Origin: Aciduliprofundum boonei T469 | GTDB lineage: Archaea > Thermoplasmatota > Thermoplasmata > Thermoplasmatales > Aciduliprofundaceae | Assembly: GCF_000025665.1 (NCBI RefSeq) | Contig: NC_013926.1 | Location: forward strand, 180,001 to 212,000 | DNA: 32,000 nt | Direction of reading: 5' to 3' | In this document: in pieces, positions 1-8,029 of the stretch | Layout of the letters: every line of letters begins with the position of its first letter | How positions within the stretch are numbered: position 1 is the first letter of the stretch | Position numbers and translations under genes: made by a program | Notes under the pieces: generated by a model | The model's database searches: none | What the model was told of the DNA's origin: nothing | What the model saw: only the letters and a program-made list of their open reading frames with translations

Positions 1-61
1 TTATTCCTGGACCATCGTGAATAGCATATCTCTTTATATCAAAGATTACTCCTTCACTCAT
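1..61 (-). CDS. glycyl-radical enzyme activating enzyme (radical SAM), N-terminal fragment running off the window
   Basis: Minus-strand ATG at 61..59 overlaps the GRE stop codon (ATGA at 58..61). Hand translation to the window edge gives MSEGVIFDIKRYAIHDGPGI. This matches the conserved activase N-terminus (IFxIxRxxxHDGPGIR) that precedes the CxxxCxxC cluster. It is absent from the ORF track because it has no stop inside the window. Confidence 0.8.
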   Translation of the reverse strand, partial: MSEGVIFDIKRYAIHDGPGI

Positions 62-2493
62 ACCTCCTCATGCTCCGTCCTCTTTATTATCTCATCTTGA
101 AGTCCCTTAGGCAAATTGACAAAATAATCACTATAGCCAGCAACGCGAACCATCAAATCCTGAAACTCTGGAGGCTTCTCTTGGGCTTCCTTTAGAACCT
201 CGCTACTAACAACATTGAACTGCACATGATGGCCTCCCCATCTGAAGAAATTCCTTATTAAAGCTGCTAATTTCTTAATATTCTCCTCATTTTCCAAAAG
301 GTCACCAGTTAGCTTTTGATTGAGAAGTGCTCCTCCTGTCTTTGCCCAGTCACATTTAGCAACAGAACGGAAAACTGCGGCTATGCCTTTTCTATCCATG
401 CCCTGCACAGGAGATATACCTTCAGAAACGGGATATCCAGCAATCCTACCATCAGGCGTAGCTCCAGTAACCTTCCCAAAATAAACATGCGCAGTGGTAG
501 GTAGAAAATATGCCCTCTTTGAAGCTTTTCTAATTGGTGATGGAGGATAACTCTCAATCATATCAACCACAACATCCACAATTCTTTTTGCTATCTCATC
601 AGCGTAATCGTCATCATTCCCAAACTTAGGAGTCCTATTAAGGAATCTCTGGCGCATGAGCTCATAGCCCTTGAAATTATTATCTAGGGCTTTAATAACC
701 TCATCCATCTTGAAGAATTTCTTGTCAAACACATTGTATTTGATAGATACCAAAGAATCAGTCAATGTTCCCAGGCCCACAACTTGAATGTATTGGGTAT
801 TGTATCTAGCACCTCCTACATTGTAATCCTTTGCATTCTTCACACAATCTTCTATCCAGAGAGATAGAAAGGGCACAGGTAGATATTTTGCATATAGGGC
901 TTCAATTATATCGTTGCCCTTCATCTTTATATCTAGGAAATATTTAACTTGCTTTAAAAAGGCATCCCATAGTTCTTCAAAGCTTTTAAATTCCGTAACA
1001 TCTCCCGTTTCTATGCCAACTTTCTTTCCTGTACGGGGGTCTATTCCATTATGCAAGGTTATTTCCAAAATCTTTGGGAGGTTGAAGTACCCTGTTAAAA
1101 TATATGCCTCTTTTCCAAAGGCCCCACTTTCAACACATCCACTAACCCCAGAGGTGCGAGCATCCTCTAAGCTCTTTCCCTGTCTTAGCATTCTAACAAT
1201 GAGCTCATCATAGTTGAAAAATGGAGGCTCACCAAATCCTGGACCTACAACCTTCAATGCCTCTATGAGGAATCTGTCAGGATTTCTATTGCTTATCAAC
1301 ACTGCTGTATTTAGCTGCAATGTTCTCATCTCACTGAGAACTTCTAAGATTAAATAAGAAAGCTCATTAACACCATCGTAGCCATCCTCGGTCAATCCTC
1401 CCACATTCAACTTTGAAAAATCGTTATAGGTAAAGCTCTCTTCCGCCGTAACACCAACCTTTGGCACTGCGGGCTGATTATTAAACTTGAGCCAAAAAGC
1501 TTGAAACAGCTCCTTGGCTCTTTCTCTATTCAATCTTCCTTCTTTTACATCCTTCTCGTAAAATGGATATAGATTTTGGTCAATCCTTCCGGGATTGAAT
1601 GAATCCCATGGATTTGTCTCATAAGTTACTCCAACATGAATGAACCAGTAATGTTGAAGCGCTTCCCAAAATGTTCTCGGTGCATGCTCAGGAACCCATC
1701 TGCATATTTTTGCCATATCCTCCAGCTCTTTCCTTCTCCTCTCATCCTTCTCCTTTTTTGCCATACTTTGCAATTTCTCAGCGTACCTATGTGCGTAAAT
1801 CACTATTGCATCAGCCACGATATCCATTGCTTTTAGCTCTTCCATTTTCTCATAATACTCTGGATCCTCTGGCTTTAACTCTTGCATTTTCCTCTTTATC
1901 TCATTCTTTATGTCCAAAATTCCCATCTTAAATATTCTATCCCCTCCCGCAGTATGCCCAGGAGAGCGCTGCTCCATAAATTCTGTCCAGACCCCAGATT
2001 CATAGGCATCCATCCACTCTTGTGGAAGATTTTCAAAAATTATGTCTCTCATTGCACGACCTTTCCAGAAAGGTATTACCTCTTCCTTGTATATTTCTTT
2101 AGTCTCTTCATCCACCTTATAGGGCATATTTTCTCTTTCATTCAACAATTCCAAATCATCCAAAGAGTGAACATTTATCTCAGGATATGTGGGAACTTCA
2201 TTTACTCCCGTACCCCTTATTCCCACTATAAGCTGTCCATCCTCAACAGGCAAACTAACATTTTCCATTAAATACTTGAATGCTAAAGCCCTCTGCACGG
2301 GTATGGATTTCCCCTTACCCACTTCTTTCTTGTAGAATTCAGTTATCAACTTTGCCCTTTCCCCAGAGATTTTTACCTCGATATTCACACTTTCTTCCCT
2401 TAGCTTTGCAATTCTTTGATTGATAGGCCTTATGGTATTTCTTCTCTTTTCCATTTCGGTTTCTATCTTTCCTCTTACTAAAGCTTCACTCAT
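58..2493 (-). CDS. glycyl-radical enzyme, PFL2 / glycerol-dehydratase-like family (often annotated pyruvate formate-lyase)
   Basis: C-terminal glycyl-radical fingerprint RVAGYSDYF (Gly codon at 136..138). Catalytic loop SGCVESG has a single Cys (1135..1137) followed by x-Glu. Family blocks TEFMEQRSPGH and PTYPE are present. The ORF-track start at 2514 is GTG. ATG at 2493 (MSEALVRG...) lies 7 nt downstream of GAGGAGGAGG. Confidence 0.95.
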   Translation of the reverse strand: MSEALVRGKIETEMEKRRNTIRPINQRIAKLREESVNIEVKISGERAKLITEFYKKEVGKGKSIPVQRALAFKYLMENVSLPVEDGQLIVGIRGTGVNEVPTYPEINVHSLDDLELLNERENMPYKVDEETKEIYKEEVIPFWKGRAMRDIIFENLPQEWMDAYESGVWTEFMEQRSPGHTAGGDRIFKMGILDIKNEIKRKMQELKPEDPEYYEKMEELKAMDIVADAIVIYAHRYAEKLQSMAKKEKDERRRKELEDMAKICRWVPEHAPRTFWEALQHYWFIHVGVTYETNPWDSFNPGRIDQNLYPFYEKDVKEGRLNRERAKELFQAFWLKFNNQPAVPKVGVTAEESFTYNDFSKLNVGGLTEDGYDGVNELSYLILEVLSEMRTLQLNTAVLISNRNPDRFLIEALKVVGPGFGEPPFFNYDELIVRMLRQGKSLEDARTSGVSGCVESGAFGKEAYILTGYFNLPKILEITLHNGIDPRTGKKVGIETGDVTEFKSFEELWDAFLKQVKYFLDIKMKGNDIIEALYAKYLPVPFLSLWIEDCVKNAKDYNVGGARYNTQYIQVVGLGTLTDSLVSIKYNVFDKKFFKMDEVIKALDNNFKGYELMRQRFLNRTPKFGNDDDYADEIAKRIVDVVVDMIESYPPSPIRKASKRAYFLPTTAHVYFGKVTGATPDGRIAGYPVSEGISPVQGMDRKGIAAVFRSVAKCDWAKTGGALLNQKLTGDLLENEENIKKLAALIRNFFRWGGHHVQFNVVSSEVLKEAQEKPPEFQDLMVRVAGYSDYFVNLPKGLQDEIIKRTEHEEV

Positions 2494-2546
2494 ATCTCTT
2501 CCTCCTCCTCGCACCTATGAACACTGGGAATATAATACTTTCGTGG

Positions 2547-3056
2547 TTATTTACCCACTTCTTCCAAATCCTCATAACCTAAATGGTTGAAAAGATAGAG
2601 ATGACTCAATTCAGCCATATTAATTCCCCTTTTCTTCATCTCCAGAATATCCCTATAATATTTTTCTAAAGTGTATTTGGAGAATGTTAAAAGTTCACAT
2701 TTTAGATACCTCTCAAAATCTTCAATCTCATCCTTCACAATCCTTGGATATTTCCTCTTTAGCTCTTTCATCCATTCTACTTCTATTTTTACAATTTTAT
2801 CCGCTATTTCATCACTCATAAACCCAAATTCTATGCACTTATACTTCAAAGCGAGAAGGTTTTGAGAATGCATTAATGCAATTTCTAAATCTTGGATATA
2901 CGAGCTCAAAGTTTCCTCGGATAAAGGATAAAAACGGGCTTTTCTCATAAGCTTGAAAGTATTCTCTTTTCTGCACTCTTCATTTTTCATCTTTAACCTT
3001 TCAAACATCTCATACTCCAAGTTGGCTATCCTTTCAAGCATCTTTTCCTTGCTCAT
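2547..3056 (-). CDS. hypothetical 169-aa helical protein (pattern resembles my recollection of the DUF4125 family; unverified)
   Basis: Clean ORF whose ATG directly follows the upstream stop (TAAATG at 3059..3054). No TM segments and Lys/Glu-rich. The block EYEMF...TFKLMRKARF...LSSYIQDLEIA...NLLALKY recalls the DUF4125 consensus, from memory only. Confidence 0.65.
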   Translation of the reverse strand: MSKEKMLERIANLEYEMFERLKMKNEECRKENTFKLMRKARFYPLSEETLSSYIQDLEIALMHSQNLLALKYKCIEFGFMSDEIADKIVKIEVEWMKELKRKYPRIVKDEIEDFERYLKCELLTFSKYTLEKYYRDILEMKKRGINMAELSHLYLFNHLGYEDLEEVGK

Positions 3057-4082
3057 TTACGCCGAGCTCCAATCTTTCAATACTTTTTTCAAAATATCGT
3101 ACGCTTTATTCACATCTTTTATATTCACATGCTCGTCCTTCGTGTGCGCATATCTCAATTCCCCAGGTCCAAATACCACGGTAGGAGTACCCTTATCCAC
3201 CAAACTTTGAGCATCACTCCAGCTGCGGAATCCTCCGAGTTCGGCATACTTCAAAAATTCTTTAACCCTTCGTTTCCGAGAGGATATTTCAAAGGGAGGT
3301 GATAAATCGTAAATCATATGATTCACATTGTACTTTCTTCCAATTCTATTCACCTCGTCAATTATCTCAACAGCAGTTTGACCAGGCAGATAAACAAAAT
3401 CAACCAACGCTTTGGCACTCTCTGGGACCGCAAGAATATAATCCCCTCCATCAAACATTTCGACATTTATCGCTGGCTTCCCAAGCAATTTATGCTCCGC
3501 CTTCAGAAACTTTAATTTTTTCATCTCACTTATAAACTTTATACCTTGCCATATCGCATTTTCCTTCTCTTCTGCACAGGAGCCATGCATGGCCTTTCCC
3601 CAAAACTCAAATTCCAGCTCTAGACTTCCCGCCTCGGCCGTGCATACTCTTAGAGATGTGGGCTCCATGGTTATCGCAAAATCGTGCGCATACTTCTCAG
3701 CGTACTTCTTAGAGCCCTTTCCTTCCTCTTCCTCATCAACGAAGAAAACATAGCTAACGGGGAGAGAATCTTTAAATTCTTCTATGAGCTTGAGCATTAT
3801 AAGCACACCCGCCTTATCATCCATCACTCCTCTACCCCAGAGAATATCGCCCTCAATCTCTGGGGGGAAGTAATCACCAACGGTATCCACATGGGCGTTA
3901 ATCATAAATTTTTCCTCTGGATTGACAATTATATTGTACCTCTCTTCATCCACGGGCATACGCTCGTAATTCACACCCAGAGCTTCCAATTTCTCCTCTA
4001 TGTATCCAAGAATTTTCGCCTCGTATCCTGTCTCGCTCCTTATTTTTGAAAGCTCAACAAGCTCTTCAATCTTGATGTCCAT
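3057..4082 (-). CDS. M20 family metallohydrolase (ArgE/DapE/LysK-like deacylase or peptidase)
   Basis: Metal-ligand motifs in family order: HVDTV, GRGVMDDKAG, VDEEEEG, and C-terminal YAHTKDEHV. The 341-aa length is typical of short M20 deacylases. Confidence 0.88.
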   Translation of the reverse strand: MDIKIEELVELSKIRSETGYEAKILGYIEEKLEALGVNYERMPVDEERYNIIVNPEEKFMINAHVDTVGDYFPPEIEGDILWGRGVMDDKAGVLIMLKLIEEFKDSLPVSYVFFVDEEEEGKGSKKYAEKYAHDFAITMEPTSLRVCTAEAGSLELEFEFWGKAMHGSCAEEKENAIWQGIKFISEMKKLKFLKAEHKLLGKPAINVEMFDGGDYILAVPESAKALVDFVYLPGQTAVEIIDEVNRIGRKYNVNHMIYDLSPPFEISSRKRRVKEFLKYAELGGFRSWSDAQSLVDKGTPTVVFGPGELRYAHTKDEHVNIKDVNKAYDILKKVLKDWSSA

Positions 4083-4096
4083 AGTAAAGGTATTTC

Positions 4097-5083
4097 TTAA
4101 TCCTCATTAATACTTTGCCCTAAGAACTTGCGAAGCCATGGACCTAGAGCGTAGATAAGGAACATTATGTAGAATACTTGCAATATTGGCTTGAAGGATA
4201 GGGCAAATACAGTTAGAGGAGGAAATACAGTAGCTGCGAGGGAAAGAGATATAGCTTGAGAGCTTGCAGTGGCACCAAGTATCAGAATCATTCCCTGCTC
4301 ATATTTGAATTTTAGAGCTTTAGCTGCCAAAACAGAGAGGGTAGTTTGTATAAAGTAGTATGAGAATAGTGCAGCTAAGACAAGCAGGAAAATTTGCGGC
4401 TCCTCAATTACTTTGCGGGATACTTTTGCCACGGAGAAAAATACAATGAGGAGAATACCCAAGGCAGATATTCCCGGAAGGTACTTCTTTATACCCATAA
4501 AATACTCTCTTCCCTTCATCCTTATTATCTCCCTCCTCGTGAGCATCCCCAAAGCCAAGGGCACTAGGATGTAGAAGAGAAGAATTAACACAAGTTGTAG
4601 AACATTTATTGTGGCGAATATACCTCCGTTGAAGTAAATTAAAATGGGTGAGAGAATTGGAATGAGAAGCAGACCAATAACAGCTATTACCAAAGCATCT
4701 GCCACGCTCGCATCTGCTATCCCGCTCCATCCTATGAGCATGTTAGAGCAGGGAATTGCACCCACTAGAACCAAGGCAAGAGCGAGGTCATCGTAACCAA
4801 TCAAAAGGGTGCGGGTAAGGAAGAAGGCTGTGAGGGAGGCAATGAAGTAAGCAAATATCAGAGTTGATGAGATGAGCTTGTAATTCCTTCCAGCCCTTTT
4901 GACCTTTTCTACCTCCATTCCAGTTAGCATGGGGTAGAGCATGATAAACACGGCGGCAACGCTTACTAGCATTATATTCATCTTTGTGAAATCAATATAA
5001 TAGCCCAAAATTAGAGCAATTATAAACACAAGGGTCACATAGAGATACAGCCTTCGCTTGATATGAATAAGAATTTCAAGCAT
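4097..5083 (-). CDS. BASS/ACR3 superfamily (sodium/bile-acid symporter-like) transporter
   Basis: 328-aa polytopic membrane protein with about 10 hydrophobic segments. The segment GAIPCSNMLIGWSGIADASVADAL resembles the crossover-helix motif of SBF/ACR3 transporters. Substrate unknown. Confidence 0.65.
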   Translation of the reverse strand: MLEILIHIKRRLYLYVTLVFIIALILGYYIDFTKMNIMLVSVAAVFIMLYPMLTGMEVEKVKRAGRNYKLISSTLIFAYFIASLTAFFLTRTLLIGYDDLALALVLVGAIPCSNMLIGWSGIADASVADALVIAVIGLLLIPILSPILIYFNGGIFATINVLQLVLILLFYILVPLALGMLTRREIIRMKGREYFMGIKKYLPGISALGILLIVFFSVAKVSRKVIEEPQIFLLVLAALFSYYFIQTTLSVLAAKALKFKYEQGMILILGATASSQAISLSLAATVFPPLTVFALSFKPILQVFYIMFLIYALGPWLRKFLGQSINED

Positions 5084-5104
5084 ATGGGTATAATCTTGTG
5101 GATA

Positions 5105-5112
5105 TTATTTAA
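5105..5112 (-). promoter_or_regulatory. TATA box (TTAAATAA on the minus strand) for the transporter-to-activase operon; leaderless spacing
   Basis: The centre of the element lies 25.5 nt upstream of the ATG at 5083. No SD motif lies in between. Confidence 0.45.
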
Positions 5113-5134
5113 CTATTTCTGGATAAATTTGAGT

Positions 5135-5164
5135 AAAAAATAAAAATATTTATCAAAAATAAAA
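5135..5164 (-). terminator. oligo-T terminator region after the ABC-2 permease gene
   Basis: The minus strand reads TTTTATTTTTGATAAATATTTTTATTTTTT immediately after the stop at 5166. Archaeal termination typically uses T-runs. Confidence 0.45.
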
Positions 5165-5165
5165 C

Positions 5166-5879
5166 TTATTCCATTCCCCATCTCACCACACGAGAGGATG
5201 CAAGAATCCCAAGCACTACCCAGATTGTAAGAACTGCCACTGGATACCACAGATTATTCCAAGTACTTAATCCTGAAAGTTGCCTAGCAATCTCTGCCCC
5301 TGCTGCAGTAGGAATGAGCAAAACGATATATCTCAAGGTGCTAGGAAGAACGCTCGCTGGATAAAAAACAGGAGGAAGGATGATAAGCATCATCTGAATC
5401 GGGTTTGTTATCGCAGATATATTTGTAGGCTTTTTGATTCGCATAACTATGCTTAACCCCACGAGATTGCTTATTACCATCAATGGAGCTACAGCCACAA
5501 GGGATGCTAAAACTATAAGCCAAGCGTTTAGAAACATTATGAGAGGAAGCATGTATATAAAATCAGCAAGCATGAATACAAGGCCAGAAATAAAATATCC
5601 AAATATGTAATGAAATGGCTTAACAGGAGATGCAATAAACATATCCATAGTCTTCCCCTGCTTATCCCAGCCTATACTTTGAGCTACTAGGTTCACTCCC
5701 ATACTCCATCCTCCAGAAATGAACCATGCTACCAAAACATTTTTCAAACCAGTAATACCTCCCCAAACAAACATGAGTATTGCAAAACCTATGACAATGA
5801 ATAAATCTTGTACGAGCCATAGAGGTTGGCGCCGGATCCATCTACTTGTTAGATATACAATACCTTTAATTTTCCCCAT
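5166..5879 (-). CDS. ABC-2 type transporter permease
   Basis: Six-TM hydrophobic profile, and translationally coupled to the ATPase gene by a 14-nt overlap. The ORF-track start at 5897 is TTG. ATG at 5879 (MGKIKGIV...) lies 6 nt downstream of GGAGGTG. Confidence 0.85.
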   Translation of the reverse strand: MGKIKGIVYLTSRWIRRQPLWLVQDLFIVIGFAILMFVWGGITGLKNVLVAWFISGGWSMGVNLVAQSIGWDKQGKTMDMFIASPVKPFHYIFGYFISGLVFMLADFIYMLPLIMFLNAWLIVLASLVAVAPLMVISNLVGLSIVMRIKKPTNISAITNPIQMMLIILPPVFYPASVLPSTLRYIVLLIPTAAGAEIARQLSGLSTWNNLWYPVAVLTIWVVLGILASSRVVRWGME

Positions 5880-6756
5880 TTCCCACACCTCCAACAATGT
5901 ACAGATATGAATCCTCCAAACTTATCTCCTCTATCCCTATGCTCTTTGCGTCTATTTTCTCCGCTATTTCCATAGCTTCTCCTCTACTTTTTGCGTATAT
6001 TATCTTCCTGTCACCTAAATCTATATGCTCTTTAAGTGGGAGCTTTGAAGCATTTTTTACCACTATCTTATGCGTGTATGGTATCCTATCCTTCAATTCA
6101 TCCACTGTACCTTTAGCCACGCTTTTTCCCTTGCTTATCATAACTACATAATCCCCTAGGATTTCAGCTTCTTTCATATCATGGGTGGTTAGAACTATCG
6201 TCTTACCTCTGTTTGCCTCCTCTCGTAATGATTTCCATACAACATACCTGGCCTCTACATCAAGACCGCTTGACGGTTCATCCAAAAAAACTACAGGAGC
6301 TCCAGAAGCCAGAACCATAGCAACTGCCACTCTTTTTCTCTGCCCTCCACTTAAAGCTATTGCAGGAATATTTCTAACTTCCCACAAGTCAAGGAGCTTT
6401 AAATATTTCTCGCTTCTCTTGACCCCCTCTTCCTTAGAAATACCTCTAATCATAAGATAACCCTTCATAGCATCCAAAGGACTCCAATTATTATCCACAT
6501 GGATATCCTGCGGGCAGAGCGCAATGAGTTTTCTCACTTTCCACACATCTTCTACAGTGGATGAGCCCTCAACTATTGCTTCTCCCCGCGTTGGCTTCAA
6601 AAGTGTGGTGAGCATACCTATAGTTGTGGTCTTTCCTGCCCCGTTTGGTCCAAGAAGCACTGTTATCTTGCCCTGCTCTGCTTTGAAATTCACATCTCTG
6701 GCACCCCACACCCCATTACTGTATCTTTTTCCAAGATGCTTGGCAATGACGCTCAT
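5866..6756 (-). CDS. ABC transporter ATP-binding protein (ABC-2/drug-exporter type)
   Basis: Walker A GPNGAGKTT, signature LSGGQRKR, Walker B VVFLDEPSSGLD, H-loop TTHDM. The ORF-track start at 6762 is GTG. ATG at 6756 is preceded by AAGGTGGTG. Confidence 0.95.
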   Translation of the reverse strand: MSVIAKHLGKRYSNGVWGARDVNFKAEQGKITVLLGPNGAGKTTTIGMLTTLLKPTRGEAIVEGSSTVEDVWKVRKLIALCPQDIHVDNNWSPLDAMKGYLMIRGISKEEGVKRSEKYLKLLDLWEVRNIPAIALSGGQRKRVAVAMVLASGAPVVFLDEPSSGLDVEARYVVWKSLREEANRGKTIVLTTHDMKEAEILGDYVVMISKGKSVAKGTVDELKDRIPYTHKIVVKNASKLPLKEHIDLGDRKIIYAKSRGEAMEIAEKIDAKSIGIEEISLEDSYLYIVGGVGNGEN

Positions 6757-6768
6757 ATTCACACCACC

Positions 6769-6954
6769 TTACCACGAGTGCCATCCATCTTTGAGAATTA
6801 AAGCAATTCCAGCGATTATGAGCAGTATAGGCCCTATTATACATACATTGAATTTTATTATTCCCAGCATCTCTAGGAGCCACAAAACACCTATGATTAT
6901 GAGAAACACGCCACCCAGAACTGCTCCAACGGACATATAACCTTTATATCTCAT
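6769..6954 (-). CDS. 61-aa two-TM miniprotein, LiaI-LiaF-TM (DUF5668)-like
   Basis: Its ATG overlaps the upstream stop (ATGA at 6951..6954). The pattern GGVFLIIIGVLWLLEMLG...IIGPILLIIAGIALIL matches the two-helix LiaF-type TM pattern, judged by eye. Confidence 0.65.
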   Translation of the reverse strand: MRYKGYMSVGAVLGGVFLIIIGVLWLLEMLGIIKFNVCIIGPILLIIAGIALILKDGWHSW

Positions 6955-7910
6955 CTCCTAACCACCTCTTTAATCTTGGATTTCCTGCTTACTTTTAATT
7001 TCTCAGCTTCAATCTTATCTATATAACAATTATCCCCTACTGTCACCTTTTCACCCTTTATGAATTCGGCTCTAACACATTCCACATAAATTTCCTCACC
7101 GAAAATTTTGCTAACTTTCATAGTTCCTGTGAATTTTCTCAGAATTCCCCTCTTACTTCTTATCTCCACTCTTTCTGCCACAATTCTATCCAATGAACTC
7201 TTGCCATCAATTTTCATTTTTAACCCTTCTGCTTTCAAATAAGTTCCCTTTATACTCCCTTCAACGCTAATGCCTTCTCCTATAATCTCGTTGCAAACAA
7301 TAGCTCCACCAAGCCTAATTTTCTCACCTTTAACCCTATTCGCATGTAAAACTCCTCCACAACTTATACTTTCTCCAACCACATCTCCATTAATCTTAGC
7401 ACTACCACCAAAGCTTATGATATTCGCTCTTATAGTCCCTTCAGCATAGAGAGAGCCTGCCACGGATAATTTCTTCGCTCTGATATCCCCCTTTATCTTA
7501 ACACTCCCAGATGCTGATATGTAATTGTATCTCCCAGAAGGAATTGTACAGGCACCCGCGCATTTGTAATCTCTCCCACTCATATTCTCGGCTTTATTTT
7601 CAATTTCCTTGCTCTCTACCTTCTTAAACACTTTCTCTTCTACTTCCTCGGCAGTTGTTTTACTATCCTCTGGAAAAAATTTTTTTAATTCTTCATCCAT
7701 TTTTTTCATGGAGCGAGATAAGATATCATCTATTCCTCCCATAGTGGAATTTTCATATTCTCCCTCTTCTCTAATTTTCTCTGGCTCTTCTTCAATTCTT
7801 TCTTCTTCAACCTCATCCAAATATCTTCTCAAAATGTCCTCGTAAGTTTCCTTGCTTATCTCACCTTTCTCATACCTTTCCCTCAATTTTTTAATGAAAT
7901 CATCTTCCAT
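6951..7910 (-). CDS. SHOCT-like N-terminus + acidic linker + beta-helix repeat domain (Toastrack/DUF4097/bactofilin-like)
   Basis: The N-terminus KKLRERYEKGEISKETYEDILRRYL is SHOCT-like. The C-terminal ~200 aa show a short-period repeat of G/hydrophobic rungs (KIKGDIRAKKLSVAGSLYAEGTIRANIISFGGSAKINGDVVGESISCGGVLHANRVKGEKIRLGGAIV...), typical of single-stranded right-handed beta-helices. Confidence 0.7.
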   Translation of the reverse strand: MEDDFIKKLRERYEKGEISKETYEDILRRYLDEVEEERIEEEPEKIREEGEYENSTMGGIDDILSRSMKKMDEELKKFFPEDSKTTAEEVEEKVFKKVESKEIENKAENMSGRDYKCAGACTIPSGRYNYISASGSVKIKGDIRAKKLSVAGSLYAEGTIRANIISFGGSAKINGDVVGESISCGGVLHANRVKGEKIRLGGAIVCNEIIGEGISVEGSIKGTYLKAEGLKMKIDGKSSLDRIVAERVEIRSKRGILRKFTGTMKVSKIFGEEIYVECVRAEFIKGEKVTVGDNCYIDKIEAEKLKVSRKSKIKEVVRR

Positions 7911-7932
7911 AATTGGGCTATGGAGTGATGGA

Positions 7933-7940
7933 ATATAAAA
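7933..7940 (-). promoter_or_regulatory. TATA box (TTTTATAT on the minus strand) for the Toastrack-ABC operon; leaderless spacing
   Basis: Its centre lies 26.5 nt upstream of the ATG at 7910. Confidence 0.45.
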
Positions 7941-7970
7941 TTTTTTATAAAAATTTTAATTTAAAAATTC

Positions 7971-8006
7971 AACTTCTACTTTGAAGTTTCAACTTAAAAG
8001 TTGAAA
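7971..8006. promoter_or_regulatory. two adjacent palindromes (candidate operator) in the divergent promoter
   Basis: AACTTC-N6-GAAGTT spans 7971..7988. A perfect 9-bp inverted repeat TTTCAACTT-aa-AAGTTGAAA spans 7987..8006. The half-site TTCAACTT also occurs as a direct repeat at 7968 and 7988. Confidence 0.55.
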
Positions 8007-8029
8007 TAGAATAAGGGCATTATAGAACT

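Noticed and set aside
1882-2271. Long plus-strand ORFs antisense to real genes. Examples: 1882..2271 (129 aa), 914..1213, 6524..6940 (138 aa), 3684..4049, 27681..28124 (147 aa), 30179..30472.
   Set aside because: Each lies entirely inside a minus-strand gene with strong family motifs. Their translations are low-complexity (Ser/Leu/Phe/Ile-rich) and show no motifs, SD or TATA context. These are shadow ORFs typical of AT-rich coding DNA.
58-2493. Calling the GRE a genuine pyruvate formate-lyase (pflB).
   Set aside because: It has a single catalytic Cys followed by x-Glu instead of the Cys-Cys pair. The N-terminal region resembles the PFL2/dehydratase branch. No formate channel or pta-ack context is present in the window.
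4404-4730. A same-strand, alternative-frame 108-aa ORF inside the BASS/ACR3-like transporter gene.
   Set aside because: It is out of frame with a continuous 328-aa membrane protein. It has no start context, and its sequence is not protein-like (Cys/His/Ser/Arg-rich).
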